Counted from the stretch's first letter, positions 8,919 through 19,855 are shown. The stretch is 21,076 nucleotides of DNA from Zygnema circumcarinatum SAG 698-1b (GCA_037447605.1 JBBHKD010000019.1:1-21076); one strand, 5' to 3'. Made by a program: numbers and translations. The notes: generated by a model from the letters alone, not told the origin.

Positions 8919-9169
8919 GGCTCCTGCACTGCGGGCGCCGTGTCCGTCAAAAGCTCACGAGGCGAAACGCACGACGAGCTATTCTCCTCGGCGCATCCAA
9001 CCATTTGCCCTAAAAATTCTGCCAGGGAGGAAGAAACCATATTTTATTTAGGTTATGTTTCCCTTGTAATTGATGATTGCGCCTGCTTTCTTTCCGCTTG
9101 TCAGTGATTTACCTCTTATTTTAGCTGCCTAAATGCTGCCCCTGCTTACTAGTCATCACATTGGCAACC
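8919..9169. promoter_or_regulatory. Putative bidirectional promoter / shared 5' region
   Basis: Divergent ATGs at 8918 (minus) and 9170 (plus) are separated by only 251 bp; no specific core elements can be assigned with confidence. Confidence 0.45.
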
Positions 9170-12100
9170 ATGAATGTGGGGGAGGAGTGGTCCGGTCTTG
9201 CAGCTGCACCCTCGCCAGCACCCGGTTCCTTGCCCGGGGGAGGCCCCCACGGGGTGTGGGGTGGCTTAAAATATTTGGCAAACATAAGCGTCATTGGAGG
9301 CATTTCCTGCATTCTACTGTTCCTTCTCGTAAAGCTGCAAGATGACCATCGTCTGCCGCATCCTGTACATCTTGTATCCAAGTTGGTGGCAGTGTGGAAA
9401 ACCACCGATGAACAAATTGCAAGACTGTGCGGTGCAGACGCCAGTGACTATCTTGCTCTTTTGGTATGTGTCGCTTCTTCAGTCACTTTAGGTTGTGTTT
9501 TATAAAGCATAATAAGTATTTCCAAAAAAATCGTATGTCCTTCATTCCCTGAACTCCTGGGTTAATCAGGAATGCCTGCGATCTTAGTTGTTGCTTCTAA
9601 CTATTTACTCCTTGAAAAAACTAAATAATAGGTAAATAGGTGAATATCTAAAAAACCAAGAGGTTTAATAGTATAATCCATCTCAATTAAATCGGCCCAC
9701 GCTTTCATGGTTTTTATCTGAATGTTCGAAGAGTTTGATGGACTGCCACCCACCTAATTTTGCTTAGTAGTCCCGATATTGCACGTACTCTTTTCAGCGG
9801 GTGATCTTCTTCACATTAGCATTGCTGGCGGTTCCAGGCCTTCTGGGTACTGATCCCAGTCCATATGTATATACTGGGGATGTGCCCATCAACGACCAGC
9901 TCGTGGCAGCGACTGTCTCACCTACCTTCAGGCTCCCATGGTTTTGGCTCCATGTTGCTTTCGTGTGTGGTGTTTGTCTACTAGTGCACAGCTCCCTCGA
10001 GTGGCTAGAGACCCGCCTACAAGCTGCCAGGTTTCGACAAGCGGGTGCTCTGGATTCGATTTCAGCTTTCACAATAATGATTCGCGGAGTGCCAAGGGGT
10101 CTGGCTCAGGACAAGCAGGTGAGTTACAGAGGCTTGAAAATAAAAATTTAACTCTGGTAAAGAAATTTTCTAAGTGGTCTAATGTGTCATATCCGTACGA
10201 GCGAACAAATCATGCGAATGTGAATGAAGTTTTGAATAAGCAACCATGATAATGACCTTGAAACTTTTTAGCTGGGTTAATAAACCTAATGTCACCTACT
10301 TGTGTGAAAATGCGGCACCTGAGCCTTTTCTTCTGAGTGAGGCTGGGAATTGCAGCCCTTGACGGAGTTCTTTGAGCATCTTTACCCGGGGAGATATATC
10401 ACAGCATATGTTCCCCAAGATCTTGTATCATTTTTAGCTGTTCGAGAGTCTTTGGCCAGCTTGCGGCAGCGGTTGGTGAAAGCACGAATAAGTGCTCGCG
10501 AGGAGGCTGCATCAGACGAGCGTTTGAGACAGGAAACAGAGTACAATGAGTGGGCCAGTGATGATGGCGATGGTCATCAGTTATTACCAGCCTTTGGCTA
10601 ATGCTCTTGGTGAGATTTGGGGCTTGTGCTCTCTGAGGGAAGAAGAGAACAGTCTCACAACATAGCTAAAGCGATATTGTGGCTCTTCATAGGGTCAAAT
10701 ATCTTTAACGAAACTCTGGAAACGATTCTGGCACTTTCCTTCTTCACAACGGAGGAGGTAATGGCAACGGATGTGTTTTGAATACTGGAACATGGCAATG
10801 GGCGAGATGAGGTTCAGTGGCTGGGAAGGGAAACATCAGTAGTTTAGAAACCTTAGATGAAGTATCACCAAGGCTGTGCCCGGGTGCTGGAATAACTTTG
10901 TGGTCTTTAAAGATGTTTTTACGGCGACAAGAGCCCTGAGAGATGCAGCTTGGAATGTCCCCCATAGGCAGTGCCCTCCTCTTGCTACCCACAGGTGGCA
11001 GGTGGAGAGAGCACCTCCTCCCGCCAAGGTGCAATGGCGGCACGTGGGAAGCAGTGCAGTGGGACGGCGAGTGCGAAGCTTTCTTGTGAACTGCTTAGTG
11101 CTTGTTGTGCTTGTGTTTTGGAGCTCGCCATTGGCAATGGTTACTGCGATGAATTCTGCTGAAACGGCCCAAGCTGTTCGCCACTTCATTCCTGGCTTGC
11201 TTGGGCAAAGGTTGGTCCACTTGCTTCACTTTGTGTATTCAGTTCGCGTTAACTCTGAGACCCTGTTTTGAACGCTGATAGGGCAAGCAATCTCAATGAA
11301 CATCAATTTGCGAAGTTCTGATGAATCGTATTGAAGTGAGTATCAACTCTCTTCACTGGTCTTGGCATTGTCTCACTTAGCAGAGATATGCAAATGTGAG
11401 TTGCGAGTGTGATCCAGAAGTTATGCGGCGTATTGAAGTAGACAAATCGACTTACCTTTGTTTTCTTGCCGTGATGCTGCCAGGGTTTAAGCGGGTTTCA
11501 GCGCTGCTATTTCAATTCTTGCCCAACGCGCTCCTGCCTTCTTTTGCTATGTATGCCTATATTCCGGCAGCTCTGTCTCCGGTTGGCCAGGTTGAGCGGC
11601 ATGTAACAGTGTCAGGGGAGCAGCAAGCAGTGCTTGTAAAGATGGTGTGCTTCTTCCTCGTAAATCTCTTCATTCTCAAGGTGGGGACAGCCTCTGTATG
11701 CCCAATTTGTTGGATTACTTTGCGGTGTACTTCAAGGATGATGATGGGTCGTCACTATATGCCCTATAGGCAACAGTTTATCATGAAAGATTAACTGATG
11801 AAACATGAACATGATTTCTGTTTAACCATGAACGGTTGCCGAGCTGATAGGCTGTAGCAGTTGAAAATCTTGCTTGTTGACGTTCTTGTCTAGCATGGGA
11901 GTCTCCACTTAGAATGAGCTCTGATCTTTTGCAACGGGTAAGAGGGAACAGCTCCTCTTCGCATGTCCATTCCTTTTTTATTTTTACATTTAGTTTGGCA
12001 TGACTTGTGAAAAGCATGTTTTTAATAATGCTCGAGTCTACCTGATGCAGGCACTGGTGGAAACCACGTTGGAGTCGGCAATTCTTCATTTCGGCCAGTG

Positions 12101-12837
12101 CTACATGCATCCTGCAGGCTGCCCTGGCATAGAGAATTGGCTCAACAGCACCTTCATCGGGAGCTCTTCCCTCTCTGCACTTGCCTTTCTGATCACCAGC
12201 TCTCTTCTTGGAGTTTCGCTAGACTTGCTCTCCCCTCTCTGGATGATCAGGAGGCGGCTGCGCCACTTCAGGGAAAGCAAAAACCTGCAAGAAAGCGCCA
12301 ATTCTTCAGTCGATATTTCCGGAGTTTCTGGCATGGAGTTAGTTGACGAGGCCATGGGTGACTATCATTGGGGGCACGATGGTGACCAAAATTCGTCCTT
12401 TCTTGGTCCCGCTGACCTGGGTACTCATTCAGAGAATCCCGAGTTCTATGTGCACGTGACACCTGAGAAGTCGTCCTCAGTTCCGTCATTCGACTTTCCC
12501 CAATACCATTCCTACAACCTTACTGCATTCGCGATGGCTCTCACATATAGCACTGCGGCGCCTTTGGTCCTTCCTGCCGGAGCTCTCTACTTTTTTTACC
12601 GCCTCTGTGTGGACAAGTACAACTTCCTCTATATATATCGAAGCTTGGCATCACCTGCAGTAACGGATGGGCGGCTTATGGGGACTGTGCTCAAAGTGAT
12701 GCGAGTGATGTTGTGCTCCCCACTTGGGGTGATCTTGGTCTTTCTCGCCATTCGGGGAGACAAGGAGAGCTCAAATGCTCATCGTATTGATGCTTCTCTT
12801 TCTCGTGTCCGCCAAATATGGTGTAAGAAGGTTCTAG
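9170..12837 (+). CDS. OSCA4.1: OSCA4.1/GFS10-type CSC1/ERD4-family (OSCA/TMEM63) channel gene, at least 5 exons, frame-disrupted as written
   Basis: Exons 9170-9463, 9798-10118, 10356-~11210, ~11484/11502-11680 and 12051-~12837, with phase-0 GT-AG joins (LALL|RVIF, QDKQ|PLTE, FILK|ALVE). Clade-4 motifs: [120 protein letters not shown]. Confidence 0.9.
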
Positions 12838-13323
12838 GACTGCTGCTACCTCAAGAGAAAGGGTTAGACAGTTTTTCATCCAAGAGCTCGGATCCGTGGA
12901 GCAGGTGCTTCGGGGCGGGGTGGTTGGGTACGTGATCATGTCCAGAATAAGTAGACGAGATAGAGAGGAGGGTTTGACGTGAGAGGAGATGCGGAGCACT
13001 TTTGTACATAGTAGTGCGACATTGTTTTAGAAATGGTTTAAAAAAAATATGTTTAGCCCATTCTTGGATGCCCTGATTGCATCCTCTTAGAAGTGGATAT
13101 TCCATAGTCGAAATGCCACAGCTGCAGCTGATTTTTCTTTTCAAAAGTGTAAAAACAGGGCTGCTTAAAAATGGCTTCTATGGTGTTCATTTGGCAGAGT
13201 ACAGTAATAGTAGTACAATTGTCGAAAAATTAAAGTCACCTCACTTGAAATACTCGTAACAACATCTCAAAAAATGTGAATGGCGAAAGACAGGAACTAT
13301 ATACAGGAAATAATGCAGGACTC

Positions 13324-13560
13324 CTAAATAAAACAAGGCGCAAAATGTTGGCGAGAAGGCCCGCTGTGCTCCTGCACCTCAGCGAGGGCCCTCTTCACAT
13401 TCCCATCCCACACTCTGAATCGCCTCTCCCTCATTTTCTCAATTTGCATAAGCAATCCATTTCCTGCATAGAAAGAGCTTCCATTTTTGTCAATGCCAAA
13501 CTTATCGTCCGCATCCGCACAGCCATAATACTCCGGCGACCCCGACCCACGAAACCACGT
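13324..13560 (-). CDS. Possible orphan terminal exon, product unknown
   Basis: Non-repetitive part of ORF 13324-13812 (GSPEYYGCADADDKFGIDKNGSSFYAGNGLLMQIEKMRERRFRVWDGNVKRALAEV...), followed by AT-rich UTR-like sequence; no family recognised. Confidence 0.2.
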   Translation of the reverse strand, partial: TWFRGSGSPEYYGCADADDKFGIDKNGSSFYAGNGLLMQIEKMRERRFRVWDGNVKRALAEVQEHSGPSRQHFAPCFI

Positions 13561-13574
13561 GCACCGACGCCAAA

Positions 13575-16500
13575 GCCACAAAACCCTGAGCACAAAAGGC
13601 CACAAAGGCCTGAGCCCAAAGGCCACAAAGGCCACCAAGGCCTGCAAAGGCCTGAGAGGCCACCAAGGCCACAAAGGCCACCAAAGGCCTAAAGGCCTGA
13701 GCCTGCAAGAGGCCTGAGGCCACAAAGAGGCCACCAAGAGGCCTGGGCCTGAGGCCTGAGGCCACAAGGGCCTGAGGCCACCAAGAGGCCACCAAAGAGG
13801 CCACAAGGCCACAAGGCCTGGGGCCCACTAGGGCCCTGAGGCCTGAGGCCTGGGGCCACCAAAGGCCATAAAGGCCCTAAAGGCCCTGAGGCCACAAGGG
13901 CCACAAGGGCCCATAAGGGCCACAAAGAGGCCTGAGGCCACAAAGAGGCCACAAGGCCACGGGGCACAAGGCCTGAGGCCCGCAAAGAGGCCACAAGAGG
14001 CCACCAAGGGCCACCAAGGAGCCTGAGGCCTGAGGCCACAGAGGCCCTGGGAGCCTGGGGCCCACAGGGCCTGAGAGGGCCACAAGGGCCTGAGGCCTGA
14101 GGCCACAAAGGGCCACAAGGGCCACCAAGGGGCCGCAAGGGCCTGGGAGCCTGGGAGGCCACAAGAGGCCACCAAGGAGCCACAAAAGTACAAAGAGGCC
14201 TGAAAGCTTGACCTAAAGGAGGCTGGGCTAGAGGCCTGAGGCCACAAGGGCCACAAGGAGGCCACAAGGCCCTGAGGCCTGAGGCCTGAGGCCTGAGGCC
14301 ACAGGAGCCCTGAGGCCTGGGCCACCAAGAGGCCACAAGGCCACAAGGCCCTGGGAGGCCACAAAGGAGGCCATAGAGGCCACAAAGGGCCACAAGAGGC
14401 CACAAAAGGGCCACAAGGGCCATAGGAGCCTGAGAGGCCACAAAGGCCACAAGGGCCCTGCAAGGGCCACAAGAGGCCACAAGGGCCTGCAAAGGAGGCC
14501 TGAGGGCCACTAGAGGCCATAAGGGGCCGCAAGGGGCCACTAAGAGGCCACAAGGGCCACAAAGGGCCACAAGAGGCCCTGAGGCCACAAGGCCTGAGGC
14601 CTGAGGCCTGAGAGGCCTGAGGCCTAGGACACAAGGCCACAAAGGGCCTGCAAGGGTACAAGGCCACAAGGCCACCAGAGGCCTGAGGCCACAAAGGGCC
14701 GCAAGGAGGCCACAAAAAAGAGGCCTGAGAGGGCCACAAAGGGCCACAGGCCACAAAGAGGCCACAAGGGCCACCAAAGGGCCTAAGGAGGCCACAAGGA
14801 GCCTGAGGCCCTAAAGAGGGCCTGCAAGAGGCCACAAAGAGGCCACCAAGGGCCACAAGGCCACCAAAGGGCCACAAGAGGCCACAAGGGCCTGAGGCCA
14901 CAAGGGCCTGGGCCTGAGGCCACAAGAGGCCACCAAGGGCCTGAGGCCGCAAAGGGCCACAAGGGCCGCAAAGGGCCTGGGGCCACCAGGGCCGCAAGGA
15001 GCCACAAGGCCTCAAAAGAGGCCGCAAGGAGCCGCAAGGCCTGAGGCCACCAAAGAGGCCACCAAGGGCCTGGGGCCACCAAGAGGCCACAAAGAGGCCA
15101 CAAAAGGCCACAAAAAGGGCCACAAAGGGCCACAAGGGGCCTGAGGCCTGAGGCCACCAAGGGCCCTGGGGGCCACCAGGGGCCACCAGGGCCGCAAGGG
15201 CCACCAAAGAGGCCACCAAGAGGCCACAAGAGGCCTGAGGCCACAAGGCCTGAGAGGCCACAAGGCCATAAAGGGCCCTGGGAATACAAAGGCCTGGGAG
15301 CCCTGAGGCCACAAGGGCCATAAGAGGCCCTGAGGCCACCAAGGAGGCCTGGGGCCACCAAGAGGCCACAAGAAAGGGCCGCAAGGCCACCAAAGGGCCA
15401 CCAAAGAGGCCGCAAAGGCCACAAAAGGGCCTGAGGCCACAAGGGCCACAAAAGGGCCTGAAAGGGCCACAAAGGGCCTGAGGCCCTGGGGGCCACAAAA
15501 GGGCCTGGGGCCACAGAGGCCACCAAGGGCCGCGAGGCCTGGGAGCCTGGGCCACAAGAGGCCACCAAGAGGGCCACAAGGGCCACAAGGAGCCTGAGGC
15601 CTGAGGCCACCAAAGAGGCCACAAGAGGGCCACAAGAGGCCACCAAAGAGGCCACAAAGGAGCCACAAGAGGCCCTGAGGCCTGAGGCCACAAAGGGCCC
15701 TGAGGCCTAAGGAATACCAGGAGCCCTGAGGCCACAAGGGCCCTGAGGCCCTGAGAGGCCACAAAGGAGCCTGAGGCCACAAGGCCCTAAAAAGGAGCCC
15801 TGAGGAGGCCACAAGGGCCTGGGAGCTGGCCACCAGAGGCCACAAAGAGGCCACAAGGCCTGAGGCCACCAAGGGCCACCAAGAGGCCACAAGAGGCCTA
15901 AGGCCACAAGAGGCCCATAAGGGTCCTAAGGCCACAAGGCCTGAGGCCACAAGAGGCCACCAAGGAGCCCACAAAGGGCCGCAAAGAGGCCACAAGGCCA
16001 CAAAGGCCTGAGGCCACTGAGGCCTGAGGAGCCACAAGGCCACAAGGCCACAAGGAGGCCTGAGGCCACAAAGAGGCCTGAGGCCACAAAAGAGGCCACA
16101 AAGAGGCCACAAGGGCCACAAGGCCACAAAGGAGCCACAAAGGCCTAAAAGAGGCCACAAAGGCCACAAGAGGCCTAAAGGAGCCTGGGCCTGAGGCCTA
16201 AGGAGCTAAGGCATACAAGGCCACAAGGCCACAAAGAAGGCCACAAGAGGCCTGAGGCCACCAAGAGGCCGCAAGGGCCACCAAAGGGCCTGGGGAGGGC
16301 CTGGGGTACAAAGTACAAGGGCCACAAGGCCACAAAAGGGCCTAAAGAGGCCACAAGGGCTTACAAAGGGCCACAAGGGCTGCAAGAGGGCCGCAAGGGC
16401 CCGCAAGGGCCGCAAAGGGCCACAAGGGCCTGGGGAGGCCACAAAGGGCCGCAAGAGGCCACAAGAGGCCTGGGAGCCTGAGGCCCTTAAAGAGGCCACA

Positions 16501-17753
16501 AGGCCACAAGGCCTAGGGCCACAAAGAGGCCACAAGGAGCCTGAGGCCACAGGAGGCCACAAAGGGCCCTGAGAGGCCACAAGAGGCCTAAAGAGGCCCT
16601 GAGAGGCCTGAGGCCGCAAAGGCCACCAAAGGCCTAGAGGCCTGAGGCCACAAAGAGGCCACCAAGGAGCCACAAGAGGCCACAAGGCCTGAGAGGCCAC
16701 CAAGAGGGCCTGAGAGGCCGCAAAGGGCCTGGGAATGCAAAGGGCCACAAGAGGCCACCAAGGGCCTGAGAGAGGCCCATAAAGGGCCACAAGGCCACAA
16801 AGGGCCACAAGGGCCACAAGGGCCACAGGCACAAGGAGCCACAAGGCCACCAAGGCCACCAAGAGGCCTGAGGCCACAAAGGCCACAAGAGGCCACCAAG
16901 GCCTGAGGCCACCAAGAGGCCTGAGGCCACAAAGGCCGCAAGGCCACAAGGGCCTGAGGCCACAAGAGGCCACAAGAGGCCACAAAGGGGCCGCAAAGAG
17001 GCCACCAAAGAGGCCTGAGGCCTGAGGGCCGCAAGGGCCACAAGGGCCACAAAGAGACCCTGGGGCCACAAAGACCTAAAGAGGCCACAAGGGCCCTAAA
17101 GGAGCCCTGAGGCCTGAGGCCACCAAGGAGCCTGAGGCCACAAAGGGCCACAAGGGCCACAAGGGCCTGAGGCCATAAGAGGCCACAAAGAGGCCACAAG
17201 GCCACCAAGGGCCACAAAAATACAAAGGCCACAAGAGCCCACCAAAGGCCACAAAGGCCACCAAGGCCACAAGGCCACAAGAGCCTAAAGGGCCGCAGGC
17301 TAAGAGGCCACAAGGCCCTGAGGCCGCAAGGGGCCTGGGGCCACAAGGGGCCCACCAAGGGCCTGAGGGCCGCAAGAGGCCACAAGGGCCCACCAAGAGG
17401 CCACAAGGCCGCAGGCCCATAAAGAGGCCATAAGAGGCCACAAAGAGGCCACAAGGGCCACAAAGGCCACCAAGGAGCCCGCAAAGAGGCCACAAGGAGC
17501 CTGAGGCCATAAGAGGCCACAAAGGCCACCGAGGCCTAAGGCCACAAGGGCCTACAAGAGACCTGGGAGCCCTGGGAGGCCACAAAGGAGCCTGAGGAGC
17601 CCTAGGCCCTAAAGGCCTGAGCCCTTAAGGCCACAAGGCCACAAAGGCCTAAGAGGCCACAAGGCCTGAGAGGCCACAAAGAGCCTAAAGGCCCTAAAGA
17701 GCCCTGAGGCCCTGAGGCCTAAAGAGCCCTGAGCCCACAAAGGCCCTGAGCCC
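13575..17753 (+). repeat. ~4.2-kb degenerate GGCCACAA/GGCCTGA array with collagen-like (Gly-X-Y) codon structure
   Basis: Units GG(G)CCACAA, GG(G)CCGCAA, GG(G)CCTGA(G) and GG(G)CCTAAA, plus rare GGA ATA CAA, GGG GTA CAA, GGC TTA CAA, GGG CTG CAA, GGC CTA CAA, GGA ATG CAA and GGG GCA CAA. The purine run between units varies in length, so no long ORF exists on the plus strand. Confidence 0.9.
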
Positions 17754-18901
17754 TATTTAGGCGGGCGGTTTGGGACTCATCCCACGACAGTTAGTTGGGC
17801 CTTACTGCGTTTGGGTACGTTTGAACTCCCTGCGTTGCTCTGACGGCAGCGTTTTATTGTGGCTGATAGGTAAGATTTGCTTGATGCATTTACATGCGCT
17901 CATGTTATTGATGAGTGATCTTCGTTTCAGGTTGCATTAGCGTGGCAGCCCATGGTTTTGCTTCACTAGTGCACTTTCGGGGGCTTTCGTGGCGCCCCGT
18001 TTGTTTAAACTGGCAGGTGAAGTGCGATTCCGTGTCCAGCTCACTTTGACTGATGCGGTTGTTGCTGCTGAGTTTTCTACCCTTATTGCGGCTCTTTCTT
18101 CTGTTGTTGCGCGTGCTCGGCCTCGTTCTTGTGCGGGTCCTGGAGTTGGGGCGTGGTTGGCTGTTACTCCGATATTTTCCACCCTTCGTTTGACCCCAGG
18201 CGGTTTGGCTGTAGTAGCGTACCAAGTCACGAATACCATCCATATGCATTAGGGGTTCTCCTCGTTGTGTTTGTGGTGATTCGATTGATGCGCGGGGCGT
18301 TCATCTGCCGATGTGCACCGCGAGTGGCAGCATTTTGGCTCATAATGTTGTCGCGCGAAATGCGATTCTTCGCGGTGGCTCAAGAAGCTAACTACAGCAA
18401 TGCGGCGGGGCGAGCCACTATAGTGTCCCCGCGACCCGACTATTAGGTGGCCCGAGGAGTTAAGCCCTGATTTGGCTCTTATGGATGGTGCCGGCGTATT
18501 TTTTGGGGATATTGTGTTGGCGGTCAACCATTAAGCAATTTATTGTAAAATGCGGCACATCATGAAAGCGTGGCGCTGCTTCGCGTCGACCGCCATAAGG
18601 CGTGCATATGCTCACCCGTGATGCAGCCCGGCAGTTTAATTTCTATGGCTATTGAGATTTTGGCTGCCTCGACACCGTTTGGATGCAACTTCCGCCGCCC
18701 GGTCGCCCATCGCTCTTCGAGATGCACGCGGCCCGGAAGCCCTCCTCAGCGTCTTGGCTACCTTTTATGGAAACCAGCGTATTTCCGTCGCCCTTCAGCG
18801 TTGCCTCGCTTCTACGCTACTTCGGCGTGCTGCAGTTGTTGGTGACCGTGTTGGTGGACTTCCGCCGCTCCCTCCTCGCGACGTGCCTCACATCGGTGAC
18901 C
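17752..18901 (+). mobile_element. 3' half of a CRE-like non-LTR retrotransposon with restriction-like endonuclease (degenerate, RT core missing)
   Basis: Ordered motifs across frames: PI*AGGLGL (17752-17778, RT thumb); SCAGPGVGAWLAVTP (~18127-18171); knuckle CVCGDSIDARGVHLPMC (18266-18316) then AHN; PDLALMDGAGVFFGD (18466-18510, PD..D); MAIE..GCL (~18645); QRISVALQRCLA (~18773). Confidence 0.8.
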
Positions 18902-19855
18902 TGTTGAAGTAGGGGTTTGCTCCCCACTTCCGGCGCCACCTTGGGTGTCGCCCTCCATTGGAACTTGAGTTCCCACGGATGAAGACATTCAAACACTCAA
19001 AGCTCTATCTTACTTCACTCATAAGCCCATAACAACGAGAATGGTACAAGACAAACACGGCGGAAATCACAATGAGAGGTGTTGGGAGAAAAGCTCCGCG
19101 GCTCTAAAACTCCTTATAATAAGCTGTCTTCCCACAATGGGGTTCTCCCACTACTTCAAGGTCCCTCTCACTCACTACCTCACGACACAAGTGTAGGCAG
19201 CCTAGCAGCACGAGCAGGCACAGAATAAGACCCGAGACTATGACAAAGTAGTGTGGGTGGGTTACTTCCCATAATAAAACTATGCACTATATAATATGGC
19301 GTCCGTGACGTGACACACATGTCACGTCGCGTCCGCCATTGCAAACCCATGCACTGAGTCTGAGTGGGCGCACTCAGGAATAGCGACCGGCTAGCTGCCT
19401 CGTAAACCTCTGGCCCGGCGCCCACGACCTAGTTCTTAATAAACCGTACACGTCCGTCTGATTTAGCGTTCGCCGGCGCTCCTTCAGTCTTAAGCCCGCC
19501 CGACACCACCGGCCGTACACTCGAACTTCAGCGGACCCACGTGCGAGTGGTCACGTCGCGCATTCGGTTAAGCGCCAAATATCTTCTATAATGGATTTCA
19601 GCGCAGCTTCGCGCTCAGCGTTCAGCTGGCCAGCGCAGCGACCAATCAAAGTTGCGGCGTCCGTTCTCGCGCACGTATTATGTGTATCGGCGCCTTCGTT
19701 AGTACTCACTTTCATGGCGCTACTTTGGTCGAGCACCGACATTCCTAAATCTAAGAGCACTACGCCTAGCAGATCTCATTTTCTATAGACTGAGTACCAC
19801 AACAAGTTAGTGTGTGTGCCATACAATGTCTAACTATCATACACTAACACTAACA
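18902..19855 (-). mobile_element. Copia LTR family A-related 3' LTR (copy A3) with polypurine tract
   Basis: Minus strand AGGGGGAT (PPT, 19856-19863) then TGTTAG... and ending CAACA at 18902. Shares CACTAA.TTGTT.GGTACT.AG and CCGTGACGTGACA..TGTCAC with A1/A2. Confidence 0.65.

Noticed and set aside
13689-17585. Many long minus-strand ORFs (up to 650 aa) of LWP/VAL/CGP repeats
   Set aside because: They are the stop-poor antisense readings of the repeat array; the rare variant units make sense as Gly-X-Gln only on the plus strand.
13575-17753. CRISPR array or telomeric repeat
   Set aside because: There are no unique spacers between constant repeats and no cas genes, and the context is eukaryotic; the units do not resemble TTTAGGG-type telomere repeats.
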